A program made the translations under genes and the position numbers. The notes under the pieces are model-generated. The model was not told the origin of the DNA, made no database searches, and worked only from the letters and a program-made list of their open reading frames with translations. A DNA stretch of 64,000 bases from Candidatus Spongiisociaceae bacterium (lineage in GTDB: Bacteria > Actinomycetota > Acidimicrobiia > Spongiisociales > Spongiisociaceae): positions 2,688,001-2,752,000 of the forward strand of contig OZ241841.1 in NCBI GenBank assembly GCA_965202665.1, given 5' to 3'. Shown here piece after piece: positions 26,983 through 36,334 of this stretch (within the stretch, counting starts at the first letter, position 1; each line of letters opens with the position of its first letter).

Positions 26983-28299
26983 ATGAGCGAACCAGAAAAG
27001 CCCCTAGAAGGTGCTAGTGCACTGCTGTCCTTCACGACGGAGAACGCCCACTCCTACCGCGACGAGACAGAATTCTCCATGCTGGCCACGCGCTTCGCTG
27101 ATGATGACATACGGCGCGACCTGTCCCTAGCAGGATTGAAAGATCCAGTGGGCGTGCTGCCCCTCGCGGGCATTTTCGGGCCCAACGCATCTGGCAAAAC
27201 TACTATTCTGCGTGCGATGGCTGAAATGAGAATAGCGGTAAGAAACTCTTTTAGAAAAGGCGATGACGACAGTGGGTTTAGGCGTATTCCCTTTCTTCTC
27301 GACTCCCAGCACAGTCAAAAACCCTCTGTATACGGGGTTGATATCGTAATTGAAGGTGTTAGTTGGCAATATGGATTTATAGTAGATAACGAACGAGTTA
27401 TTGAAGAATACGCTTACTATTATCCTAAAGGCCGTAGATCTCTATTATTTGATCGCAATAAAAATGCTGTCAAATTTGGTCCCGCCCTTCGTCCTGTTAG
27501 TAGCTCGTTACAAGATATATCGCGACCTAACTCACTGTTATTATCAGCGGCAGGTGCCACTAGTAACAAAATATTGGCTCCACTATATAAATGGTTTCGC
27601 AGTAACTTGATATATATGGATTCGAATAGTAGAGATTTTCGTCTTCATGAATTATCGAATAAAATTCGAAATAATAATTCCAAGGAAAGGATAATGGATT
27701 TGATAAGAGAATCTGATTTAGGTATTACTGATATACAGCAGATAGAACCAGATCAGGTTATGTTAGAACAAGCAAAACAGATGATTAGTATTATATCAGG
27801 TGAAGATTCAGAAATAGATATTGATGATCTTAAGTTACTGGGTAGAGTTCAATTTATTCATCGCGGTTCAAACGCAAATGTAGAATTGGATTCATCATTG
27901 GAATCCTTAGGAACTGTAACTTGGGCAAGCTTGATCCAGCCTATTATAAATGCTTTAGACAATGGACAAACTTTACTCATAGACGAAATTGATTCGAGCC
28001 TTCATCCGCTTCTTGTAGAATCTCTTATAAATTTATTTCAGAGTAAGGTTTCTAATCCCAATTGCGCCCAGATTATATTCAATTCCCATGATAGCAGTAT
28101 TTTGAGTAATAGACAGTATGCTCTCACTAGGGATCAAGTTTGGTTTACATCTAAAAAACAGGAAGGTTCTACTATTCTTTATCCCCTGTATGATTATAAA
28201 CCGAGAAGTGGTGAAGCCATTGACAAACGGTATCTTCATGGACGATACGGTGCTATCCCTAACCTAGGAATACACTTCAATCCTCAAGAAGGAAAATGA
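26983..28299 (+). CDS. RloA-like ABC/AAA_21 ATPase (abortive infection, AbiL-type)
   Basis: IFGPNASGKT Walker A, ES.GT signature, LLIDEIDSSLHP, QIIF.SH, RDQVWF and YL.GRYGA.P C-terminus; AT-rich. Confidence 0.9.
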   Translation: MSEPEKPLEGASALLSFTTENAHSYRDETEFSMLATRFADDDIRRDLSLAGLKDPVGVLPLAGIFGPNASGKTTILRAMAEMRIAVRNSFRKGDDDSGFRRIPFLLDSQHSQKPSVYGVDIVIEGVSWQYGFIVDNERVIEEYAYYYPKGRRSLLFDRNKNAVKFGPALRPVSSSLQDISRPNSLLLSAAGATSNKILAPLYKWFRSNLIYMDSNSRDFRLHELSNKIRNNNSKERIMDLIRESDLGITDIQQIEPDQVMLEQAKQMISIISGEDSEIDIDDLKLLGRVQFIHRGSNANVELDSSLESLGTVTWASLIQPIINALDNGQTLLIDEIDSSLHPLLVESLINLFQSKVSNPNCAQIIFNSHDSSILSNRQYALTRDQVWFTSKKQEGSTILYPLYDYKPRSGEAIDKRYLHGRYGAIPNLGIHFNPQEGK

Positions 28300-28928
28300 A
28301 AAAGTATAACCGCTCTCGTAAACTAAATCGTTCTCGTAGAGGCGTTGAACAACGGGCCACCGTAGCAGTGTTTACGGAGGGCAAAATAACAGAACCTCAG
28401 TATGTCAAGGTTCTAAAAGATATCTACAGAGGAGCCGTCAACATTGATGTTATAAACAGATACGTTGGTTCTGCTCCTGATGTTCTTGTAAAGAAAGCTA
28501 TTGACTATCAGAGGAATGTAGACAGACATAATCCACAATACGATGAGATATGGTGCCTGTTTGATAGAAACGAACACCTAAACATCGAGGTAGCAATGCA
28601 AAACGCTCGTAAAAATAATATAAAGACGGCAATCACTAATCCATGTTTTGAATTGTGGTTGGTACTTCATCAAGAGAATCAATCTCGACATGTGAGCAAA
28701 GAGAGTATCCAGAAAAGGTCTCGGTCTTTGGGCATAACAGAAGGTAAGCATCTCTCGGAAACTGGTAAGAAATTATCGCGTGAAAAATACTATGATGCCA
28801 AAAATCGGGCGCAACGTCTTGAGAAGCAACACATAGGCAATGGTTCCAAGTCTTGGGAGAATCCTAGTAGTCAGGTGTGGAAGTTCGTTGACCGGTTAGC
28901 GTTGTTCTCGGAAGTAGGGGATGGCTAG
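28296..28928 (+). CDS. RloB family (TOPRIM-like) protein
   Basis: VFTEG..TE..Y, WCLFD, NPCFELWL.LH and NP.S motifs; ATGA coupling to the ATPase gene. Confidence 0.9.
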   Translation: MKKYNRSRKLNRSRRGVEQRATVAVFTEGKITEPQYVKVLKDIYRGAVNIDVINRYVGSAPDVLVKKAIDYQRNVDRHNPQYDEIWCLFDRNEHLNIEVAMQNARKNNIKTAITNPCFELWLVLHQENQSRHVSKESIQKRSRSLGITEGKHLSETGKKLSREKYYDAKNRAQRLEKQHIGNGSKSWENPSSQVWKFVDRLALFSEVGDG

Positions 28929-29849
28929 GTTGGCGGGGGCGCCCAGGTAACGGGCGCGTTTGCCGCTGGCTAGAACTATCATCGCCGCTATGGCCAACGC
29001 GAAGGGCAACATGGCCAGGATGGTGGATGGCACGTTGCTCCACGGCTCCCCCAGGGTCTGCAGGGTGAACTGAATGTATTCGGCGGCTCCGAACAGGTAG
29101 GCGGCGAAAATGGCGCGCCACGGCCGCCAGCTGGCCAGGATTACCAGGGCGATGGCGATCCATCCCGCCCCGCCGATGGGGTCGTCTTGCCAGGTGGGAA
29201 CCAAAGCCAGCGAGAAATAGGCCCCGCCCAGGCCGGCCAGCGCCCCGCCCGCCATCACATGCGCGTAGCGCACCCAGGTCACGTTGATGCCCACCGACTC
29301 GGAACTGGCCGGGTCCTCCCCCACCGCCCGCAACGACAATCCCATCCGGGTGCGGAACAGGTAATAACTGGCGCCTCCGGCGGCCGCCCACGCCAAATAG
29401 ACCAGCAGGTCGTGTCCGAACAGCAACGGGCCGATCACCGGCAGGTCGGCCAGCCCCCCTTCCAAAACGGCGGTGAACGCCTCCCGGGAGGGGCTGCCCA
29501 CCAGCGGCTCGGAGCCCGCCCGCCCCAGGAAACTGGCCAGACCCGACCCGAAAATGGTGAGGGCCAGGCCGGAGACGATCTGATTGACCCGCAGGGTGAT
29601 GGAAGCGAAAGCGTGGATGGAGGAAAAGGCCGCCCCGGCCGCCATGGCGGTCACCACCCCCAGGGCGAGGCTGCCGGTGTTGAAAGTGGCCCAAAACCCG
29701 GAAACGGCCCCCACCAGCATCATCCCCTGCACGCCCAGGTTGAGAATCCCGGCCCGTTCGGTGATGATCTCGCCCACGATGGCGAAGATAAGCGGCGTCC
29801 CCAAAGTAACGGCGGCGGCGATGGTGAGAACCAGTTGCGAATCGTTCAT
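28896..29849 (-). CDS. Nucleoside/purine ABC transporter permease
   Basis: GE...ER.G.LNLG..G.M, R.VGE.P, G.GWIA.A motifs. Confidence 0.92.
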   Translation of the reverse strand: MNDSQLVLTIAAAVTLGTPLIFAIVGEIITERAGILNLGVQGMMLVGAVSGFWATFNTGSLALGVVTAMAAGAAFSSIHAFASITLRVNQIVSGLALTIFGSGLASFLGRAGSEPLVGSPSREAFTAVLEGGLADLPVIGPLLFGHDLLVYLAWAAAGGASYYLFRTRMGLSLRAVGEDPASSESVGINVTWVRYAHVMAGGALAGLGGAYFSLALVPTWQDDPIGGAGWIAIALVILASWRPWRAIFAAYLFGAAEYIQFTLQTLGEPWSNVPSTILAMLPFALAIAAMIVLASGKRARYLGAPANLAIPYFREQR

Positions 29850-30964
29850 CCGCCGCCCCCCTCCCCCGTCGTTTGCAGGGCAACCCTCCGCGACCGAACG
29901 CGGCGCAGTCGGTTGGCTATCAGGAACTCGCCCGCCACCGCAAAAATCAGAATGGCCCCTTCCAGCATGGTCACGGTAGCGGTCGGAACCCCGATGGACT
30001 GCAGCGAAGGCCCCACGTTGTTAAGAGCCCCCAGCAGAATTCCCACCGGGATGACCGCCAGCAGGTTGAGCCGGGCCAGGGCGGCCACGATGATCCCGGT
30101 GAAACCCAGGCCCAGGTTCAACGACCGGGGGTCCAAAGCCCCGGCCGGGCCGGCCACGAACAACGCTCCGGCCAGCCCGGCGAAGGCCCCCGACAGCAGA
30201 AACACGCTCAGAATCTTTCCCGGCACTTTGATGCCCGCGTAGCGGGCGGTGTTTTCCGAATCTCCCACCACCCGCACCTCAAACCCCCACCGGGTCTGGT
30301 TGAGCAGATACCAGGCCCCGGCCGCCGCCGCCGCCGCAATGAACACGCCGATGTCCAAACGGTTGAAAAATTCAGGGAAGCGGGCCCCCTCCGGCAAAGG
30401 CCGTCCCGACGGGAAAGTGCTGAAGCCCGAATCCCGCCACGGGCTGTGCGACCCGAAAATCAGATATTCCATCAGTCTCAAAGCGATGAAGTTGAGCATC
30501 AGGGTGGTGATGATCTCGTTGGTTCCCAGATAGACTTTGGGGAGGGCGGAAGCCGACGCCCACGCCGCTCCGCCCGCGCATCCGGCCAGGACCACCAGCG
30601 GAAGGGCCAGCCCGGGGGCGACCCCCTCCCCCAGCCAGATGGCCATCCCCGACCCGGCGATGGCCCCCATCAGGAACTGGCCTTCCGCCCCTATGTTCCA
30701 CACCAGCATTTTGAAGGCCACCGCCGCCGCCAGCCCGGTGAGGATGAGGGGCGTCCCTGAAATCAGGGTTTCGCTCCAGCCCCGGGAACTGCCGAAAGCG
30801 GATCTCAACATGTGGGCGTACACAGTGGACGGGGTTTCGCCGGTTATGTACAGGAACACCCCGGCCACGAACCCGGCCGCCAACACCGAAAGGATCGGGA
30901 TGAGCAGTTTCACCCACACCGGGGTCAAACCGCGCGGTTCTGAGATGAGCAGGCGCAGGTTCAC
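29846..30964 (-). CDS. Nucleoside/purine ABC transporter permease
   Basis: WNIGAEGQ, NEII.TLMLN, ARYAGI, GF.GI.VA.L motifs. Confidence 0.92.
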   Translation of the reverse strand: MNLRLLISEPRGLTPVWVKLLIPILSVLAAGFVAGVFLYITGETPSTVYAHMLRSAFGSSRGWSETLISGTPLILTGLAAAVAFKMLVWNIGAEGQFLMGAIAGSGMAIWLGEGVAPGLALPLVVLAGCAGGAAWASASALPKVYLGTNEIITTLMLNFIALRLMEYLIFGSHSPWRDSGFSTFPSGRPLPEGARFPEFFNRLDIGVFIAAAAAAGAWYLLNQTRWGFEVRVVGDSENTARYAGIKVPGKILSVFLLSGAFAGLAGALFVAGPAGALDPRSLNLGLGFTGIIVAALARLNLLAVIPVGILLGALNNVGPSLQSIGVPTATVTMLEGAILIFAVAGEFLIANRLRRVRSRRVALQTTGEGGGG

Positions 30965-32496
30965 GCCGACCGCTCCTCCCGGTGGCCGGCCATCAACAGG
31001 CCCAGCTGGTCGGCGGTGGCTTGTTCCGCTTCCATTTCACCGACGATTTCACCTTCGTAGATAACGGCCAGCCGGTCCGATAAGGCCAGCAGCTCGTCTA
31101 AGTCCTCGGAAATGAGCAACACCGCTACACCGCGACGGCGCTGGGCCAGCAGATGCTCCCGCACCGCCTGGGTGGCCCCCACATCCAGGCCCCGGGTGGG
31201 GGAAACGGCGAGAATCACCCGCGGTTCCATTTCGATCTCGCGGGCGATCAGGGCCTTCTGCAGGTTGCCCCCGGACAGCAGGCGGATGGGCAAGCCGGGC
31301 CGCACCCCCCGTATGTCGTACTGCTCGATTTGGCGGGCCCCTTCGGTGCGGAAAGCCCCCGCCGCCAGACGCCCCCTTTTGCTGTAGGGGGGGCGGCGGT
31401 AGGTTTTTAGGGCCAGGTTTTCTTCGGTGGTCAGACCGGGGGCCAGGCCCATACCCAACCGGTTTTGGGGAATGTAGGCTGTTCCGGCCGCGATGCGTTC
31501 CCGTACCGACCAGCGGGTTACGTCCCGGCCCGCCACTTCCACCCGTCCCGCCTCGGGGATACGCAGGCCGGCTATCCCGTAGGCCAGTTCCCGCTGGCCG
31601 TTGCCCGCCACGCCGGCCAGGCCCAAGATTTCCCCTTCCCGGACTTGCAGCGAAACTCCCCGGACGGTTTCCAAACCCCGGTCGCCAGCCACCCGCAGGC
31701 CGCTTACCGCCAAAGCGACCTCTCCCGGCTCGGTTTCCGTTTCCCTCCGGGGCAGGCGCAGTTCCCGCCCCACCATCATGGCCGCCAGATCATTGGGGGC
31801 CAAGTCGGCGGTATCGCCCCGGCCGGCGTTGCGCCCGTCCCGCAGCACGGTCACCCGGTCCGAGACCTGTTTTACCTCCGCCAGTTTATGGGAAACGAAA
31901 ATCACCGACCGCCCTTCCCCGGCCAGCCGACGCATCGTGGCGAACAGTTGGGAGCTTTCCTGGGGGGTTAGCACCGCGGTCGGTTCGTCCAAGATGAGCA
32001 CCCGCACATCCCGGTAGAGCAGTTTCAGGATTTCCACTCGTTGCTGCTCCCCCACCGACAGTTGCCAGATGCGGGCCGACGGGTCGACGGGCAGGCCGAA
32101 CCTCTCCCCCATATCCTCCGCGATCCGTTCCTGACGGCGGCGTTGCACTCGCAACGGCAGGTCTTGATGGCCCAGCACCAGGTTTTCGGCCACGGTCAGG
32201 TTCTCCACCAGCCGGAAATGCTGATACACCATTCCCACCCCGGCCGCCAAAGCGTCTTTGGGAGTGCGGAAGTGAACCGTTCGACCGTCCAGCAATATCT
32301 CCCCCGCATCGGGGCGGTACAGGCCGGCCAGCGCCGAACACAAAGTGGATTTGCCCGCCCCGTTCTCCCCCAGCAGGGCGTGAATTTCTCCCCGTTTTAG
32401 TTCAAAGTACACCCCGTCGTTGGCTTTGACGCCGTAAAAGGACTTGTCGATGCCGCGCGTCTCGACGGCGGCATGGAGGGTCGCGTCATCGCCCAT
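30961..32496 (-). CDS. Sugar/nucleoside ABC ATP-binding protein (two NBDs)
   Basis: GENGAGKST, LSVGEQQRVEI, LDEPT, LSGGN.QK, PTRGLD. Confidence 0.95.
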   Translation of the reverse strand: MGDDATLHAAVETRGIDKSFYGVKANDGVYFELKRGEIHALLGENGAGKSTLCSALAGLYRPDAGEILLDGRTVHFRTPKDALAAGVGMVYQHFRLVENLTVAENLVLGHQDLPLRVQRRRQERIAEDMGERFGLPVDPSARIWQLSVGEQQRVEILKLLYRDVRVLILDEPTAVLTPQESSQLFATMRRLAGEGRSVIFVSHKLAEVKQVSDRVTVLRDGRNAGRGDTADLAPNDLAAMMVGRELRLPRRETETEPGEVALAVSGLRVAGDRGLETVRGVSLQVREGEILGLAGVAGNGQRELAYGIAGLRIPEAGRVEVAGRDVTRWSVRERIAAGTAYIPQNRLGMGLAPGLTTEENLALKTYRRPPYSKRGRLAAGAFRTEGARQIEQYDIRGVRPGLPIRLLSGGNLQKALIAREIEMEPRVILAVSPTRGLDVGATQAVREHLLAQRRRGVAVLLISEDLDELLALSDRLAVIYEGEIVGEMEAEQATADQLGLLMAGHREERSA

Positions 32497-32518
32497 AGGA
32501 TGGTAAATCTAATCGGGT

Positions 32519-32552
32519 TGAGGGAGCGCGGTCATGAAACCGCGCTCCCTCA
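32519..32552. terminator. Intercistronic 14-bp stem-loop after the BMP gene
   Basis: TGAGGGAGCGCGGT-catgaa-ACCGCGCTCCCTCA; no clear U-tract, so a partial terminator or mRNA stabiliser. Confidence 0.65.
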
Positions 32553-32588
32553 GGAACGTGAATGGCCGGCCATCGCCGGGCCGGGCGA

Positions 32589-33650
32589 TCAACCGGTGGG
32601 GCTGCCGGACACTCCTTGGACGAAGAAGTCCATAGTGAAGATGTCGCCCAACTGACGAGTGTTTCCGTCCTGGTCGACGATCGGGTCCGGGAAGACGGAG
32701 AAGGTCCCGTCGATGATCTGTTGCTTGCGCTCCAAAATCATGTCTTGGATGTTCTGCGGAACCGACGCCCCGAAGGGGGCGATGTCCACCATCCCGTCCG
32801 CCATGTTCCCGTAGTAGGCTTCCGGTTCCCAGGTTCCGTCGATTACCTGCTGGGCGGTGAGCAGATAATGGGGGCCCCAATCCCAGATGGCGGCGGTCAG
32901 CCAGGCGTTGGGGGCGAATTCGGTCATGTCCGTGTTGTATCCGACCCACTTGGCCCCAGCGGCGTCCGCGGCCTGTCCGGGGGCGGCTGAGTCTTGGTGC
33001 ATGGCGATCACGTCCACGCCCGCGTCCAGCAGTGATTGGGCGGCCGCCGACTCTTTGGGCGGGTCGAACCAGGTGGAGGTCCACACCACTTCCACCTGCG
33101 CGTCCGGGTTGATCTCCTGTGCTCCCAGGGTAAAGGCGTTGATGCCCCGCAACACCTCCGGGATGGGGAAGGCGGCTACGTAACCGATGCGGCCGTTTTC
33201 AGTGGCGTCTCCGGCGGCCATTCCGCTCAGGTAGCGCCCTTCCTCGGCGGCCCCGAAGTAGTTGCCCATGTTGGGGCCGGTCTTGTAGCCGGTGGCGTGC
33301 ATGAACACCACCTCCGGGTAGTTCTCGCCGGCGGCCAGCATCGGGTCCATATACCCGAAAGAAGTACCGAATATCAGGTCGTGGGTGTCGGCCAACTCTT
33401 CGAACACCCGTTGCGAGTCGGGCCCTTCGGGGATGATCTCCAGGGTGGTGATGGCAACCGCGTCGCCCAACTGCTCTTTAACGTACTGGGCGCCCTGGTC
33501 ATGGGCCCACGACCAGCCCTTGTCGGCCACCGGGCCGACATGCACGAAGGCGATGTTGAGGGGCTCATCGCTGCTGTCGTCGCCGCAAGCCGCGGCAACC
33601 AACGTCAAGGCCAGCATCAAGGCGGCGAACCGCCATATACCTTTAAACAT
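32589..33650 (-). CDS. BMP-family ABC substrate-binding lipoprotein
   Basis: Lipobox AAAC, D.GW...H..G, TSFGY, P.PEV.R..NAF.LGA, W.DP. Confidence 0.93.
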   Translation of the reverse strand: MFKGIWRFAALMLALTLVAAACGDDSSDEPLNIAFVHVGPVADKGWSWAHDQGAQYVKEQLGDAVAITTLEIIPEGPDSQRVFEELADTHDLIFGTSFGYMDPMLAAGENYPEVVFMHATGYKTGPNMGNYFGAAEEGRYLSGMAAGDATENGRIGYVAAFPIPEVLRGINAFTLGAQEINPDAQVEVVWTSTWFDPPKESAAAQSLLDAGVDVIAMHQDSAAPGQAADAAGAKWVGYNTDMTEFAPNAWLTAAIWDWGPHYLLTAQQVIDGTWEPEAYYGNMADGMVDIAPFGASVPQNIQDMILERKQQIIDGTFSVFPDPIVDQDGNTRQLGDIFTMDFFVQGVSGSPTG

Positions 33651-33797
33651 TTTGAGTTCTCCTTACTCCGCAAATCGCGCCCCGCCCGACAGCGGGGGGA
33701 TACCGTGCGATACTACCCGCAAAACGGCATGTAGGCTAATCAGCCGGGGCGAATTGACGGCAGATGGGGGACATGGCGATGAGGGTAGAGGAGGGCT

Positions 33798-34640
33798 GTG
33801 ACAAAAAAGGATGATGCGCTTCCGACGGCGGCTTCCCCTCCCTTCCCGCGCCTGGACGGGGGCTGGGAGCCGACCCGGGCCGCCCTCCACGCCTACAGCC
33901 GGGCTTTGTGCGCCCTGCCCGAAGGGATTCTCCCCCCTCATCCCGCTTGGTGGCACGCCAGCTTGGCGGTCGGCCCGGACGGGTTGCGCACCGGCAACCT
34001 GCCCTTGCCGGGCGGATGCATGGCGGCGGGGCGCCTGGACCTGCTCCGGCATCGGATCGCGCTGAACTCCAGTTGCGGGGAGGCCGTTTCTTTCGACCTG
34101 CGGGAGGGGCGCACCGCCGCCGAAATGGCCGACGGCCTAATCGCCGCCCTCCGGGATTGGGGCTTGGAGGGCGATTACCGGCGGGAGAACTTGGAAAGCG
34201 ACGCCCCGCTCCGCTACCGCCCGCAGGCGGTGGCCCCTTTCCGCAGGGCGCTGGCCAACGCGGCGGTCGCCTTCGAGGCCCATCAGGCGGGGCTGCCCTT
34301 CCGGGAAGTAGGTCCCGTCCAGTTCTGGTCGCACGGCTTCGACCTGTCCGTGGAATGGTTCGGGACGCGGCAGGTGGAATACGAGGGCGCGATGCATCCG
34401 GTGCAGATCAACCTGGGTTTCTATCCGAACGGCGACCGCCCCTACTTCTACTCCAACCCCTTCCCTTTCACCGAGGAAATGTCCCGCAACCCGCTCACGG
34501 TCGGGGAATGGCACGACGGCGAGTTCCGCGGTTCCATCCTTTACTACGACCGGGTAGCAGATCGGCCGGACGGACGGAGGCTACTCAAGACTTACGCCGC
34601 CGAGGTTTACCAAGCCGCCCGCCCCGCCCTCGCCGACTAA
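33798..34640 (+). CDS. DUF5996-like conserved protein
   Basis: W..TR..LH, P...WWH..L...PDGL.T, QFW.H.FDL, GF.P.....YFY....P pattern. Confidence 0.65.
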   Translation: MTKKDDALPTAASPPFPRLDGGWEPTRAALHAYSRALCALPEGILPPHPAWWHASLAVGPDGLRTGNLPLPGGCMAAGRLDLLRHRIALNSSCGEAVSFDLREGRTAAEMADGLIAALRDWGLEGDYRRENLESDAPLRYRPQAVAPFRRALANAAVAFEAHQAGLPFREVGPVQFWSHGFDLSVEWFGTRQVEYEGAMHPVQINLGFYPNGDRPYFYSNPFPFTEEMSRNPLTVGEWHDGEFRGSILYYDRVADRPDGRRLLKTYAAEVYQAARPALAD

Positions 34641-34679
34641 GCGGTCCCGGCAACAACCAGGGTATGGTAACCTGCGTTT

Positions 34680-35033
34680 ATGACGAAAATCACCGTTTCC
34701 GAATTGGAGCAAGATGTTGCCTCCTACGTGCGCCGGGCCATAGCGGATGGCGAAACATTCGAGATAACTGAGGACGGACTACCATCGGCCATCCTGAGCC
34801 CCGCCAATAGGTTTACTTCCCACGACCCAATCCGAGCCGACGGGGATTTTGAACCAGATGATGGCGCTAATGCATCGGCGGGTCTTTCCCCGCTAGATCG
34901 CCTCCGCGCCGCCGGTGAGGTGGAAAAACCGGTAGGTGATATTCGCGATGTGCCTGAACCCTTGAAACCAGTACCAGGTCAACCACTCCTGTCAGAGATG
35001 ATCATATGGATGCGAGATAATGAACGCTACTAA
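34680..35033 (+). CDS. Phd/YefM-type (VapB) antitoxin
   Basis: I.V.EL......Y.R....GE...IT..G.P.A.L.P N-terminus and LS.....MR..ER C-terminus; overlaps the PIN toxin start. Confidence 0.82.
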   Translation: MTKITVSELEQDVASYVRRAIADGETFEITEDGLPSAILSPANRFTSHDPIRADGDFEPDDGANASAGLSPLDRLRAAGEVEKPVGDIRDVPEPLKPVPGQPLLSEMIIWMRDNERY

Positions 35034-35142
35034 CAAGGTTGAATATTTCGATTCCTCTGCTATCGCAAAGATAGTACTGGATGAACCAGAATCCAGCGCA
35101 CTTCGTAGATATTTGCCGAATGCTTATCCGATAGTTTCTAGT

Positions 35143-36218
35143 TGTACATGGCCAGTAGGTTGGTTACAGTCTGGAGGTTGGTGGTTTGCCTCCGAGGCTG
35201 TAGTGGGGCCGGTGGTTATTGTAGTAGTGGAGCCAGTGGCGGAGGGCTTGGTTTCGGGTTTGGTTGTCGGGCCAGGGTTGGGAGTTGGCCCATTCTCGTT
35301 TGAGGGTTTGGTTGTATCGTTCCACTTTGCCGTTCTGCTGGGGATGATACGGTCTGATCGTGATATGACGGATGTCGTGTTGGGAGAGCAGGGAAGCGAA
35401 CGCTCGGCTGCGGGTGTAGCTCCAGTGGTTGTCGGTCATGATCTCCGCGATGTGGGTTACGCCTAGTTGGCGGAAGTGGTGGAGTGCGCGGGCGGTGAAC
35501 GCGGCGACGGTGGTTCCTTTCTCGTCTGATAGCGTTTCGGAGTAGGCGAGGCGGGTGTAGTCGTCCACGACAGAGTGCACAAAGGTCCATCCCGCTCCGC
35601 TGGCGGGGGCGTTGCCCCGGCCGTGTACCTTCCATCCCCCGCCGGGCGGTATGGAAGAAAGCTTCTTAACATCCATATGCAGCAACTCACCAGGCCGTTC
35701 CCGTTCATACCGCACCACCGGCCCGGGAGGGGTTTTGAGCGGTTCGCCGGTCAGCGGGTCGCATTCCCACAGACGCAACACTCCATGGCGGCGGAGGATG
35801 CGGCTGATCGTCCGCTCCGGCACCCCCGTAAACGCCGACAATCGAGCGGGCCCCGCCCGCAACATCCGCCGCGCCCGCAGCACCAGCTCTTCCACCTCCG
35901 GGCTGGTACGCATAGGGGAGCAACGCGGCCGCGACGACCGGTCTTCCAAACCGGCCTCGCCTTCTTCCCGGTAGCGGCGCACCCACTTGGACACGCACTG
36001 CCGAGACATCCCCATCCCCCGAGCCACTTGCGCTACCGGTTCCCCTTCTTCTATTACCCGCAACACCATCCCCAAACGTCCCAAAGGCGACGACCTCGCG
36101 TTACCATGCATCCCTGAAGACCTCCTCCCGTGCTATAGGGTGCTTTCACTCCCCATAACACCAGGAGGTCTTCACTTATGCAACAACCAAACCGTCACCA
36201 ACGTCCTGGCCAAGTACA
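35143..36218 (-). mobile_element. Complete IS481-family insertion sequence (1076 bp)
   Basis: Ends TGT...ACA; imperfect IRs TGTACATGGCCAGTAGGTTGGTTACAG / TGTACTTGGCCAGGACGTTGGTGACGG (22 of 27); 6-bp duplication TCTAGT at 35137-35142 and 36219-36224. Confidence 0.95.
35164..36111 (-). CDS. IS481 transposase
   Basis: H.NA....GR, KWV.RY..EG..GL.DRSSRP HTH, and DDE core (H.DVKKL, TDN, NGKVER). Confidence 0.96.
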   Translation of the reverse strand: MHGNARSSPLGRLGMVLRVIEEGEPVAQVARGMGMSRQCVSKWVRRYREEGEAGLEDRSSRPRCSPMRTSPEVEELVLRARRMLRAGPARLSAFTGVPERTISRILRRHGVLRLWECDPLTGEPLKTPPGPVVRYERERPGELLHMDVKKLSSIPPGGGWKVHGRGNAPASGAGWTFVHSVVDDYTRLAYSETLSDEKGTTVAAFTARALHHFRQLGVTHIAEIMTDNHWSYTRSRAFASLLSQHDIRHITIRPYHPQQNGKVERYNQTLKREWANSQPWPDNQTRNQALRHWLHYYNNHRPHYSLGGKPPTSRL

Positions 36219-36334
36219 TCTAGTACGCTTGCCCGTTTGTGGTTACGATAAACGGTAAGCGCAAGGTTGGGAAGTGCGCGCCCCTCGTTGAAAATACGGT
36301 ATCTGAAGGCGTCGGGTTCGGCGTTTGGGTTTCT

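Larger units (their letters stand above)
35020..36291 (+). pseudogene. vapC PIN toxin, disrupted by IS481 and internally deleted
   Basis: 5' part YFDSSAIAK....E.ES.AL...VSS up to 35142; after the IS it reads TLAR, then an out-of-frame remnant CGYDKR*AQGWEVRAPR*. Confidence 0.8.

Noticed and set aside
33651-33797. Purine riboswitch upstream of the BMP transporter
   Set aside because: No recognisable aptamer consensus; short divergent promoter region.
35020-35466. 148-aa ORF as an intact toxin
   Set aside because: After codon 41 it reads through the IS481 antisense strand.
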